From Deltaproteobacteria bacterium (GTDB taxonomy: Bacteria; Desulfobacterota; DSM-4660; Desulfatiglandales; HGW-15): a stretch of 58,956 bases of DNA. Below, in pieces: positions 38,606 through 48,552 of this stretch. The translations under genes and the position numbers were made by a program. Numbering within the stretch: position 1 is the stretch's first letter; each line of letters starts with the position of its first letter. Location of the stretch: positions 1 through 58,956 of the forward strand of contig JAFDAM010000003.1 in the NCBI GenBank assembly GCA_019313825.1, written 5' to 3'. The notes beneath the pieces are model-generated. The model was not told the DNA's origin. It ran no database searches and was given only the letters and a program-made list of their open reading frames with translations.

Positions 38606-38982
38606 ATATAAGTTGTTACACTTTCTAAAGTATCAATCATCAATGAACTACCACGAAGCCACCTGCTTGGTAAAGGGGGATTTTGTTTCCAAAACGATTT
38701 AAACATATTTCTCTACCTCTGGCAACTCATCAGAAACGGCTAAGCGATTAACCCTACAACGATAGTTAAGGTGATTTACCTAAGTTGTTAATTTGTCTCT
38801 TTCGGTGTGAAAGATATGCCGAATGATTCTTTTTCCGTATCCATAAAACCAGTTCAATAGCGGCGGGTGTCAAGGTTGTTGTCACCTCAAGCATTATCAA
38901 GCAGCCTTTTTATAGCGGTGCTTCTGATTGGCAGTTTGATCTAGTTTTTCAGGGTTGAGCCAAACCAGACGCACCGGGTTCT

Positions 38983-40155
38983 TTACTTTCTATTGAATGC
39001 TATTCTCTGCTGCATGCCATGGAATTTTATGAACGCTTCTGCTTCTTTGCCTTCCCATGTCCCGCCTTGAGCGTAGCTCCCTATCTTTTCATCAATCAAT
39101 GAATACTCTGTTTGTATTTCACAGGGCATTACACTTTTTTCCTCGATCTTCATTCTGACAGTCCCGGTTACCACTTTCTGGTTTGCGTCATTAAATGCAT
39201 GGATATCATTAACCAGAGGTTCGTAAAACAGCCCGTTGAAAACGAGATCTGCCCATTCATTGCCAAGAAATGCTTTCATTTTCTGCTGTCTTTTAGTAAG
39301 GACTGCTTTTTCTAAGGCTTTATGAGCTTCTATTAACAGCAATAAACCTGGAGCTTCAAATGCCTGGATTCCTTTAATCCCAATGGTCTCATCTTCATAA
39401 TAGATACCACGACCATAACCATGTGCTCCGGCAGTCTTATTTAATTCAACCATAATATCCGAGCCGTGCATCTTTTTACCGTTCAAGGAAACGGGGGCTC
39501 CTTCATTGAATTCTATGGTTACGTATTCAGGTTCTTTTTCCGTTACTCTTGTTATTTGCCAGGATTCGTCAGCAGGTTCTTTGCCTTCATCAATTTCACT
39601 TCCCGACACAGTAACTCCAAAGACGTTTTCATTGATCGTATACCTTTTTACTTTGTTATCTACGGAAAAACCGTTGCTTTCCAAGTATTCAATTTCTTCA
39701 GGTCTTGTAATCATCAACTCCCTTATGGGAGCAATAATCTTTAAGTCCGAAGCCAATGTGTTTAGAGTAACATCGATCCTTACCTGGTCGTTCCCTGCGC
39801 CCGTACATCCGTGAGATACGAACCCTGTGTTCTCTTTTTTCGCCACTCTAATAAGATGTTTGGCGATAGTATAACGATCAGAGCACATATTGGGGTAAAT
39901 ACCTTCATAAAGTCCATTTGCCTTTATCTGGTGGGAGATGATTTCATCAAAGATATCTTTTTTAGCGTCAACATGTATGTGTTTTACTGCGCCTAGTTCA
40001 TTGCTGCGGGCTTCTATTTGCGTCAGATCTTCATTGCTTAAGCCTCCTGTATCTATTGTGGCCGTAACCACATCAAAGCCATTTTTCATCAGGTGGAGTA
40101 CACAGAAGCTTGTATCTAATCCGCCTGAAAAGGCAAGTATCACTTTTTTCTTCAT
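38983..40155 (-). CDS. argG: Argininosuccinate synthase
   Basis: LAFSGGLDTS, HGCTGAGNDQVR, GIKG...EAP motifs. Confidence 0.92.
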   Translation of the reverse strand: MKKKVILAFSGGLDTSFCVLHLMKNGFDVVTATIDTGGLSNEDLTQIEARSNELGAVKHIHVDAKKDIFDEIISHQIKANGLYEGIYPNMCSDRYTIAKHLIRVAKKENTGFVSHGCTGAGNDQVRIDVTLNTLASDLKIIAPIRELMITRPEEIEYLESNGFSVDNKVKRYTINENVFGVTVSGSEIDEGKEPADESWQITRVTEKEPEYVTIEFNEGAPVSLNGKKMHGSDIMVELNKTAGAHGYGRGIYYEDETIGIKGIQAFEAPGLLLLIEAHKALEKAVLTKRQQKMKAFLGNEWADLVFNGLFYEPLVNDIHAFNDANQKVVTGTVRMKIEEKSVMPCEIQTEYSLIDEKIGSYAQGGTWEGKEAEAFIKFHGMQQRIAFNRK

Positions 40156-40363
40156 TTTAATCTCTCCTGTACCTTAAGACCAAGCAATTAGGACATCTTT
40201 TGTATAGCCTGGCCTTAGGTATCTTTTATTTAATATGGAATCCCCGCATTGCGGGGATGAAACAACGCCCGGCTAATAGGCCTGAATTCCTTTTTATATA
40301 AAAAAAGTATAGGGAAAAGGATCTTGTATGTCAATGAAATCTCCATCATGATATTGCGTTCCA

Positions 40364-40730
40364 TTGTCTCGATCCTATTATATGAAAGACCGGATTGATG
40401 GCTGGGGAAAGGAGATGACCGGAGTCCATCGCGAATGGATGCCGACTCATAAATCCATAGGAGATAGTATCTCAAAACTGATTGGAGCTCAAGAATATGA
40501 GGTTACTGTTACCGATAGCACCTCCGTCAACCTTTTTAAACTTACTGTTGCCGCCCTGCGAGCACGTCCGGAACGAACCAAGATTGTCAGCGACGTCTTT
40601 AATTTCCCTTCTGATCTATATGTATTCCAAGGAATTATTGACATGCTGGGAAACAAACATCGACTACACCTTATCCCCTCTGAGGATAGTATCCACATAA
40701 GCCAGGAAGCAATTGATGACGCCATTGTCG
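40364..40730 (+). pseudogene. kynU: Kynureninase internal fragment
   Basis: IGDSISKLIGA...EVTVTDSTSVNLFKL and NFPSDLY signatures; N-terminal GNSLG motif and PLP-lysine region absent. Confidence 0.75.
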
Positions 40731-40817
40731 AAGAAAATATATATGAACTTATTCCACAGAGAATAAAAGTTGAGTTTAACCTTATTAGCGCCGGTGAGGC
40801 ATGGTTTTATAAGATGG

Positions 40818-42017
40818 CTATTGTTTGGCAGGACTACCTGAATCTTTTAGATGATGGACCAGTCTGGTTGATATGGAGATACAGGTGGTTACATTATTGA
40901 TAAGGTTTTTCAATGTGCCTGAGAGCTGATCATATTCTTTCTGAAGGCTTCCCGTATCAAGCGCATTTACTTTCAGATCCTTTGATGACAGTACAGCGGC
41001 AGACCGTGGTTCATGGCCGATATCCAGGAACGGCACGTTCCCGAAGACATCATCTTTATCAAGAGTCAACAGCGGGATAATACCTTTCGCACTCTGCCCG
41101 ACCAGATATGCCGTTCCTTCGGTTATTGTGAAGACCTCTTGTTTGGAAGAGCCCTTTTCTATGATTTCCCCCATATCTTTTGTCAAAAGGATAGACTCTT
41201 TTTCTTTCGTGTATAGACCTACAGCCTTGTCTGTAATCTTTTTCAGTCTGTTATCCAGGCTGAGAAGAAGCCCTTTGAATTCAGGCGATAGAGATGTATA
41301 CTCTCTTGCAAGCCGTTCAGTGTCCAGCAGACCCAGCCAAACATCGCCTATGGCAGTTACGGAAGAACTTCGGGAATACTTTTCGAATAATAATGCGCCG
41401 AAAGTTCCGATATAACTTCCCTGGCCAAGTCGAGCCACGGTCATAGATTCACCACCGGCCATTTCCCTTGTTACATCCACCATACCTTCCAGAATGACCC
41501 AGATCCACTTCCCATACTTGCCTGCTTTGACAATATTTTCTCCATCACGAAAACCCTCTTCATTAACGACATAGGAATAGTCTGTGAAGGGTCCTTTAAT
41601 AATCGGCAGAGACTCACCTGAAATATATTTGGCTCCGTCCTTTTGTATAATAGGAGTTTTATCCAGAGAGGGTGGGCCCACCTTCTCGATCACCCCGTCG
41701 TCCACCATCCTCAGGGCATCGAGGACAATCTCCATTCTGCTGTGCTTGATCTCCTGTTTTACCTGGATCGTTTTTTCATGGAATTCAAATCTTCCTTCGG
41801 TCCATCCAAAGAGGGAGTAAACAGCATCGATACCATGCTGGGGCTCATTGGTAGCATTTACCGGATTACCGTTCACAAAATATATCTCGCCGGGATTTGG
41901 GGTATACTGGTTCGTAATCCTCAGTATTCCGGTGCTGCTGTTCCCGCCAAGTATTTGAAATACATCTGCCAGGCCAATAAAATTCAAATTTCCTGAGAGC
42001 GCTGTTTTATCATTCAT
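40818..42017 (-). CDS. DUF4388 (PatA_N-like) protein with two cyclic nucleotide-binding domains
   Basis: LSGNL...LADVFQIL...STGIL...GEIYFVNG...WTEGRFEF; two CAP-like beta rolls ending RSSSV and PRSAAV. Confidence 0.8.
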   Translation of the reverse strand: MNDKTALSGNLNFIGLADVFQILGGNSSTGILRITNQYTPNPGEIYFVNGNPVNATNEPQHGIDAVYSLFGWTEGRFEFHEKTIQVKQEIKHSRMEIVLDALRMVDDGVIEKVGPPSLDKTPIIQKDGAKYISGESLPIIKGPFTDYSYVVNEEGFRDGENIVKAGKYGKWIWVILEGMVDVTREMAGGESMTVARLGQGSYIGTFGALLFEKYSRSSSVTAIGDVWLGLLDTERLAREYTSLSPEFKGLLLSLDNRLKKITDKAVGLYTKEKESILLTKDMGEIIEKGSSKQEVFTITEGTAYLVGQSAKGIIPLLTLDKDDVFGNVPFLDIGHEPRSAAVLSSKDLKVNALDTGSLQKEYDQLSGTLKNLINNVTTCISISTRLVHHLKDSGSPAKQ

Positions 42018-42026
42018 AGCGGATCC

Positions 42027-42641
42027 CTACCGTGACCATTGTAACTCTTTTTGAAGATGACTCAATGTGAGCGCCAGGCATTTTTTTAGAGTAGCGCCTA
42101 CGCCATCACCCTTCAAGGCGCTTGCCTCACAATATGGGACCTTGAGCTTGCCGTTAAGGTCTTTTTCCATGACCTCAATGGGTAAGATCGGAAGACCTTC
42201 CGCGCCCAGATCCCTCTTATTATACTGGAAAATCAACGGAATCTTGAAAATATTCATATTCTGTTCTGCCAAGTTTTGTTGCAAATCTTTCAAAGAGATC
42301 ACGTTTGCTTTTCTACGGACCTCAAGGGAATCTGCAACAAATACCACACCGTCCACATTCTTGAGGACCATCTTTCTGGTAGAGCTGTATTTTTGCTGTC
42401 CAGGCACGGTATATAGCTGAACCGTAACCTCGCAACCTTTTATCTTACCTAAGCCAATGGGAAGGAAGTCGAAGAAGAGGGTGCGATCACCTTTGGTATC
42501 TATGGAGACCATATCGCTGGTAGTGTATTTTTTCCCTGCCTTGTAGATATATTCCAGATTGGTTGTCTTGCCACATCTTCCAGGTCCATAAAAGACTAGC
42601 TTGCACTCGATCACTCTCTCTCTTACGTTGAAAACAGCCAT
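42027..42641 (-). CDS. mglA: MglA-family small Ras-like GTPase
   Basis: YGPGRCGKTTNL, DRTLFFDF, LYTVPGQ, QYNKRDL, ASA. Confidence 0.92.
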   Translation of the reverse strand: MAVFNVRERVIECKLVFYGPGRCGKTTNLEYIYKAGKKYTTSDMVSIDTKGDRTLFFDFLPIGLGKIKGCEVTVQLYTVPGQQKYSSTRKMVLKNVDGVVFVADSLEVRRKANVISLKDLQQNLAEQNMNIFKIPLIFQYNKRDLGAEGLPILPIEVMEKDLNGKLKVPYCEASALKGDGVGATLKKCLALTLSHLQKELQWSR

Positions 42642-42742
42642 AGGATCTATCTACCGCCTTCTAAAAAGTACTGTTTGGCCAATAAAGTCAATATCGCATT
42701 TTGCGATTGATTGTCTGAATGAATAATCTTTCTAAGCAATGG

Positions 42743-43648
42743 TTACTCTTCGGTTATTGTGATGTCCAAGGAATAATTCCCTCGATTGGGGCCTGACTCT
42801 ATTTTTGATATTCCGGCAACTTGGCCGCAGCTGTTGAATACGGCCAGAGCAGAACAACATTGCACCTTTGACAGCTGACTTCCGGGTTTGAAAAGATCGG
42901 CCATGTCCTTCTGCTTAGAGGGAATAATGACGCTAACAGTATTACCCGATTGAAAAGTAACATCGAACTCCACCATATCTCCTTGACGGGGGCCGCTCTC
43001 CAATTCGATCCCGATGGAAGACAGATCAAGCACACCCTCATCTACTTCCTCAGTCTTTTTTTCACCGGAGATTATCTCGCCTACCTGAGGGAGTTCTGTT
43101 TTAATACCCCTTTTCTCTAATTGATCACTAATAAAGTTACGTAAGTATCTCAAGTCTCCCTGCCCTAATTCGTCACGCGACACCCATCGTTTGAATTGAG
43201 TTATGGCCGCCTCCGGTGTAGCAAGAGACAGATGACACCTGAGCATGTTCATGGCGGCCATAAGAGGAAGAGCTCCTTCATTAATAAGCATTTCAAATTC
43301 TTCCAAGGCTTTTTCATATTGACCAAACTTAGCCATGGCAACAGCTCCCTCGATTGCCGCCGTATCTTTATTTTTTGAAAACGAGAACAAGTTGCTGATA
43401 AGACTTTGAACTTCCTGAGCCAGCTCAGGGGTATCTGTGGATTCTTCTATCTCGGTCAGCTTCTCGTCCACTTCCCGTATTTTTTCTTTAATAGCATCAA
43501 TTATTTTATTGTCCTTGAGAGCCACCTTATTTTTCTCGATGTATTCGAGGATCTCGATATATTTCTCTTTGGACTGATCGAAGAGACCCTGAGATCGATA
43601 AATCTCGGCTTCTTTTAATAAAGACTGTATATGTTCTTTGGCAGACAT
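42743..43648 (-). CDS. TPR-like helical protein with C-terminal beta-rich (possibly PilZ-like) domain
   Basis: LKEAEIYRSQGLFDQSKEKY and AKFGQYEKALEEF repeats; C-terminal alternating beta pattern. Confidence 0.6.
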   Translation of the reverse strand: MSAKEHIQSLLKEAEIYRSQGLFDQSKEKYIEILEYIEKNKVALKDNKIIDAIKEKIREVDEKLTEIEESTDTPELAQEVQSLISNLFSFSKNKDTAAIEGAVAMAKFGQYEKALEEFEMLINEGALPLMAAMNMLRCHLSLATPEAAITQFKRWVSRDELGQGDLRYLRNFISDQLEKRGIKTELPQVGEIISGEKKTEEVDEGVLDLSSIGIELESGPRQGDMVEFDVTFQSGNTVSVIIPSKQKDMADLFKPGSQLSKVQCCSALAVFNSCGQVAGISKIESGPNRGNYSLDITITEE

Positions 43649-43690
43649 TCAATCCTCTCATTAAAAGTGATCGGATACGTGAGATCAGGT

Positions 43691-44056
43691 CTAGCTCTCT
43701 CGCAAGTTATCCCTTTCTCCCTGGAATATTATTGTGTATTGTTTAATAATCTGACGTTGTGTCTCATCCATATCGATAAACCGGATACCGGATTCAAACA
43801 TCCCATCTTCGAGTTTCTTGTGATAAGTGATCTTTCCCTTGATATCCATTATCTCGTCTTCCAGACTTATTGTCAGAGATATAATATGTTCCTGATCAAG
43901 AGGGACATGTGTTTCCAATAGGATTCCCCCTTCACTAACATTCAAAGTCCTTCCCATTCCTTGCGTTAATACCTGACTGTTTTCATCAAGACAGACATAA
44001 GACAACAGGTTGTGAGTGTCGATTCTTGGTTTTTTTCTTTTATCATGTGTTGTCAT
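43691..44056 (-). CDS. Stand-alone PilZ-domain c-di-GMP receptor
   Basis: RKKPR (RxxxR) and NVSEGG ([D/N]xSxxG) motifs; GIRF. Confidence 0.88.
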   Translation of the reverse strand: MTTHDKRKKPRIDTHNLLSYVCLDENSQVLTQGMGRTLNVSEGGILLETHVPLDQEHIISLTISLEDEIMDIKGKITYHKKLEDGMFESGIRFIDMDETQRQIIKQYTIIFQGERDNLRES

Positions 44057-44420
44057 TTATTTATACCTGATAAACCCGGAAAGTTGGATTAAATACAATT
44101 GAGGCTTAACCCTTTAATATATACACTATCTTCCTTATTAATCAAACCAAAAACTGTAAATTTTCAAAGGCGCCTTCACCTGTACCATAATACTCCACAC
44201 GGAATAGATATAGCCTTGAGAGAATGGATATTGCCGGGGGTTCTTGCAGGCAGAGATAATTTTGTATTGCCACCATAACGCGGAGGAGGTAAGCGCAGAA
44301 TGTAAAGACTAAAAGAGATCATAAGGCAGATCATCCCGATTGATCAGGGGATGACCTATAACTGTTAATGGGATCTGGCTGGTTTTAAATCGGGGGTTTT
44401 TAATTCATATATTTTATCAG

Positions 44421-44915
44421 TTAAGCGCGTGGGTCCATATATCTATCCCAGTAGGATTTGTCTTTTTCATACCATCTCGGCCCAAAGGCATTTGAAAAGA
44501 AGTCGCCAAAACGCTCAAACCAGCGCCACCAGGGATCTTTACCCTTTTCCTTGGCCTCAAGCACATCGCTCAAGTAGGTGGTAATGTTGGCCATCTCCTC
44601 CTTTGGGATATAGGAGGCCGCTCCTCCCTTATGCGATTTCATGGTGTCTTCCGGACTTAGTGCATGAGCAGTCAGCATTACTACGGTAATTCCTTGTTTG
44701 TTAGCAATATCCAACAACTCATATCCTTCAACACCCATGATGTCCAGGATGGCAATATCGAAAGGCTGGCTCTCCAAAAGATCTTTAGCTTCATCAAAGG
44801 TGGATGCCGTCACGACATTGCACATTATCAGCAGATCTTCCAGCGTCTCCAAGATATCAACTTCATCATCCACGATCAGAACTTTTATCCCGTCTAAATA
44901 ACTTTCACTTGCCAT
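44421..44915 (-). CDS. Single-domain response regulator with Trp-rich tail, copy 2
   Basis: Paralog of 38108-38605; VDDE, LDIMG, LTAHA, YIPK. Confidence 0.9.
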   Translation of the reverse strand: MASESYLDGIKVLIVDDEVDILETLEDLLIMCNVVTASTFDEAKDLLESQPFDIAILDIMGVEGYELLDIANKQGITVVMLTAHALSPEDTMKSHKGGAASYIPKEEMANITTYLSDVLEAKEKGKDPWWRWFERFGDFFSNAFGPRWYEKDKSYWDRYMDPRA

Positions 44916-45087
44916 TCAAACACCTCCTTAGCTGAAAAAAGTATTGATCCACATGTCGATGCGCCATCGCTCAGCACAGTTTATTTTAATTATCAAGGGA
45001 ACGAACAAGAAAAGACCCTCTCAACTAGTCAAAGGCATACGCGAAAATGTATTTTCACCGCCCACTTATCTATCAGAGAGGAAAAGC

Positions 45088-45609
45088 TCATCTCTGGATG
45101 GTCACCTTGTCTATAATCATTGGTTTTTTCGGCCTGTCCGTGGGATCTGTTTCCACGGAACCGATCTCCCTTACAACATCCATCCCCTTAATTACCTTAC
45201 CGAAAACAGAATGCCGGTCATCCAGGTGCGGGGTCGGGGCAAGGGTGATAAAGAACTGGCTCCCGTTTGTGCCGGGACCTGCATTTGCCATGGAAAGCAC
45301 GCCTTCAATATCATGCCGTAAGGAAGGATCAAATTCGTCGCCGAACCTGTAACCGGGACCACCAGTACCGTTACCAAAGGGACAGCCTCCCTGGATCATA
45401 AATCCGTCGATGACTCGGTGAAATGTCAGATCGTCATAGAAGTTTCCGCCTCTTTCGGTCTCCTGCCTTCCTTCCGCGAGATTGATAAAGTTCCAGACCG
45501 TCTCAGGGCATTCCTTCGCATAGAGCTCCACCTCAAATGTCCCCATATTGGTCTCGAACACTGCAACAGCCCGATCAAGATCTTCCTTGTAGTTGTTTTT
45601 TGTTATCAT
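45088..45609 (-). CDS. Cyclophilin-type peptidyl-prolyl cis-trans isomerase
   Basis: [13 protein letters not shown] and [18 protein letters not shown]; ATG 45609 with RBS ggagg. Confidence 0.95.
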   Translation of the reverse strand: MITKNNYKEDLDRAVAVFETNMGTFEVELYAKECPETVWNFINLAEGRQETERGGNFYDDLTFHRVIDGFMIQGGCPFGNGTGGPGYRFGDEFDPSLRHDIEGVLSMANAGPGTNGSQFFITLAPTPHLDDRHSVFGKVIKGMDVVREIGSVETDPTDRPKKPMIIDKVTIQR

Positions 45610-45924
45610 GAATCCTCCAATATATTTAATAATCTCCAGAAAGCCCGGTCCTGTGGAAGGGCATTTATGAATCACTTGAATAAATAGTCAATGGGAAAGG
45701 GAGTATAGGGAAATTGTGCGTGTGTGTCAATAATATGTTTCCTGCCCAAGTTGTATAAATCATTGTCAAGTCTAAGAAGATCATATGAGACAGAATAATA
45801 TATCTTGTTGATATTACACAGTGATAAAGGCACCCTGTTGGATTTAAATAAGATCGGATGTTACTGCCAATTAGTTGCAGTATCGACAAATGTCTATTAA
45901 AAAAATGAAACATTAATTAATGAT

Positions 45925-45962
45925 ATGTCAACATTGACATGATAATCGGTTTTCCATATACT
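45925..45962 (+). promoter_or_regulatory. Sigma70 promoter with palindromic operator over the -35 box
   Basis: TTGACA (45934-45939), 17 nt, TATACT (45957-45962); palindrome ATGTCAA-CA-TTGACAT (45925-45940). Confidence 0.65.
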
Positions 45963-46085
45963 TGCTCTCAGGAAAAGCTATTTCCCCATCATCCCTTTTC
46001 AGCCGATTAATATTTATCAAGTAGTATTTTGGCATAGTAAATTTCTTTGTTAAGCGTCAACATTTTATTTTAGGAGGGACTAGCA

Positions 46086-47642
46086 ATGAAGATTAAGAGT
46101 TCTGTTAAACGACATGGTGTTTCCTTTCTGATCCTGGCAGTCGCTGTGACCTGTCTGGTGGGCTTTTCCACACAGGTGTATGCGGAAGAGCCAAAACGTG
46201 GCGGGATATTGAAGATCATTTCCGGAAGGTCCCCAAGAGTTATTGGATGGCCTTCGAGTATTGCGGGTCCTGAGATCATTGACTTCTACGCATGTATGGA
46301 GCCACTCACAAATATAAGTAAAAATGGGGAGCCAGCCCCGTATCTGGCCACATCCTGGGAATATGGTCCTGATTACAAGTCCCTCACTTTTAAACTTCGG
46401 AAGGGAGTTAAGTTCCATGATGGTTCTGATTTTAACGCTGCTGTAGCCAAAGCGAATATTTTAGAGCGAAAGAGTGGTGTCCTTGGTTCGGAGATAAAAA
46501 TAATAGAATCAGTGGATATCATTGACGATTACACAATTCGACTCAATCTATCAGAATTCAAGAACGTTCTTTTATGGACCTTTGCAGGTTTCAACGGCAT
46601 GATGGTTTCGCCGAAAGTGATAGAAAAGGCCAAGACGAAAAAGGGTAAAAAATGGGCCAAAAAGAATCCGGTCGGGACCGGTCCCTTTAAGTTTGTAGAA
46701 TATCAACGCGATGTCATTTTGAAATACGAAAAGTTTGACGGATACTGGCAAAAGGGAAAGCCCTATCTGGACGGTATAGAGACACACTACATCAAGGACA
46801 AAACGACCGCAGTGACTTCTCTGAGGGCGAAGGAGGGGCATGTATTGTGGGAGACACCTGAGAAAGAGGCGGCTATGCTTATAAAGGAGGGTTTTAAATA
46901 TGCCAGTTATCCCGGTGGGATAAGGGCTTTGGCAGGAGATACTGCTAATCCGGAATCCATCTTTGCCAACCAGAAGGTACGGGAGGCCATAGAATATGCC
47001 ATTAACAGGCAGGCGATTACACAAGCCCTTGGACATGGATTTTGGAACCCTGTTAATCAGTATTCTCCAAATGAATGCAACGGTTACAACCCTGACCTGA
47101 AAGGCCGTCTCTATAACCCGGAGAAGGCAAGGCAACTGCTCAAAGAAGCGGGTTACCCTAATGGTTTAAAGACCAAGTTTCTCGTTGGCACTTCTGCGGC
47201 GGCAAGGGATACTATGGCTGCATTACAGCAAGACCTTTTAAAAGTGGGTATTGATATTGATATTGATTTTATGGACGGGGGCAACTATTTTAAAACAATG
47301 CTTAAGGGCTGGAAGAATGCCATTGTAGTCTTTGGGCAGGCCACGCCCATTAATCTTACCCAGGAGCTTAATAGTCTGTATAAGGATGGGGCGGCTCGTC
47401 TCCCCGTAATAACCAGACCGGCTGAATTGCAGGAGCTCCTTTCCAAGGCCGAGGTAGTGCCTGATTTTAATGAACAAAAGGGTCTTATCAAAAAAGCGGT
47501 CAGGCTTATGTCTGATAAGTCCGTGGTGATTCCCCTTTGGACATTTTCCAATATCCATGTCATGTATCCGTCAGTCCGGGGTACGAATTTCGGTGGCGCT
47601 CTTAATCATTGGACGCCTGCCGATGCATGGTTAAGCGAGTAA
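46086..47642 (+). CDS. Orphan ABC substrate-binding protein, family 5
   Basis: Signal peptide; PKRGGIL, LRKGVKFHDG, PVGTGPF; no adjacent permease. Confidence 0.9.
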   Translation: MKIKSSVKRHGVSFLILAVAVTCLVGFSTQVYAEEPKRGGILKIISGRSPRVIGWPSSIAGPEIIDFYACMEPLTNISKNGEPAPYLATSWEYGPDYKSLTFKLRKGVKFHDGSDFNAAVAKANILERKSGVLGSEIKIIESVDIIDDYTIRLNLSEFKNVLLWTFAGFNGMMVSPKVIEKAKTKKGKKWAKKNPVGTGPFKFVEYQRDVILKYEKFDGYWQKGKPYLDGIETHYIKDKTTAVTSLRAKEGHVLWETPEKEAAMLIKEGFKYASYPGGIRALAGDTANPESIFANQKVREAIEYAINRQAITQALGHGFWNPVNQYSPNECNGYNPDLKGRLYNPEKARQLLKEAGYPNGLKTKFLVGTSAAARDTMAALQQDLLKVGIDIDIDFMDGGNYFKTMLKGWKNAIVVFGQATPINLTQELNSLYKDGAARLPVITRPAELQELLSKAEVVPDFNEQKGLIKKAVRLMSDKSVVIPLWTFSNIHVMYPSVRGTNFGGALNHWTPADAWLSE

Positions 47643-47767
47643 GACAGGGCGGATTCACAGAGCAATTACAACAATACGACGGTCATGTGACCTGGATCAG
47701 TTCGGAGCGATGTATTCGTGAACTTGAAGTATCGGGGCATATGGCCGTCGCACTTTAAAACCTGCCT

Positions 47768-48409
47768 ATGGACTACATAGAATACCCGGAAGGGGAGATG
47801 AAGAGACGTTCCAAGGCGTTTTATGAGGATATGCAGCGCCGACGAACAATCCGCCAATTCTCTGACAGGCCGGTACCTCGTGAAATTATAGAAAACTGTC
47901 TTCGTACGGCCGGAACCGCTCCCAGCGGCGCAAACATGCAGCCCTGGAAATTTGTGGTCGTTGAAGACCTGACTCTTAAGAAACAGATCCGGCAGGCAGC
48001 GGAAAAGGTTGAGCATGAATTTTATTCAAGACGAGCACCTGATGAATGGTTGCACTCTCTGGCTCCACTGGGGACCTCCGCTCAGAAACCTTTCCTGGAG
48101 ACCGCGCCATACCTGATTGCCATTTTTTCACAGCTTTACGGCATGGGTCCTGATGGAGAGAAAATCAAACATTACTATGTTCTTGAATCCGTCGGTATTG
48201 CAACCGGCATATTAATTTCAGCAATCCATAATGCCAGTCTCGTATCACTGACCTACACACCAAGCCCCATGAAATTCCTGAACAGGATTCTGGACCGGCC
48301 TGCTAATGAGCGTCCTTTCATGATTCTTGTGGTTGGCTATCCTGCAAAGGACGTAACCGTTCCGGATATAAGCCGCAAGATGTTCGATGATATCGCTATG
48401 TTTAAATAA
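47768..48409 (+). CDS. Iodotyrosine deiodinase-like nitroreductase-family flavoprotein
   Basis: [53 protein letters not shown]. Confidence 0.85.
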   Translation: MDYIEYPEGEMKRRSKAFYEDMQRRRTIRQFSDRPVPREIIENCLRTAGTAPSGANMQPWKFVVVEDLTLKKQIRQAAEKVEHEFYSRRAPDEWLHSLAPLGTSAQKPFLETAPYLIAIFSQLYGMGPDGEKIKHYYVLESVGIATGILISAIHNASLVSLTYTPSPMKFLNRILDRPANERPFMILVVGYPAKDVTVPDISRKMFDDIAMFK

Positions 48410-48552
48410 AAGAGATCTTCATTATTAGTACGGCTTCCGACAGAATAATCAATTATTTTCTTCTTATTTAGATTTAACCTCATATGCTTCATTTTTTTAT
48501 CAAGAAAGTCTTTTGCCTCTTCTATTTCTTTATGATAGTTCATGATTCATTA

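Noticed and set aside
40731-40900. C-terminal part of ORF 40364-40900 as real coding sequence
   Set aside because: Kynureninase similarity ends near 40730 and the remainder runs antisense into the DUF4388 gene
46030-46046. Sigma54 promoter upstream of the orphan binding protein (TGGCATAGTAAATTTC)
   Set aside because: No GC at the -12 position; a good sigma70 promoter exists upstream
48337-48543. 68-aa ORF downstream of mrr
   Set aside because: Runs antisense into the deiodinase-like gene; at most a truncated gene start at the island boundary
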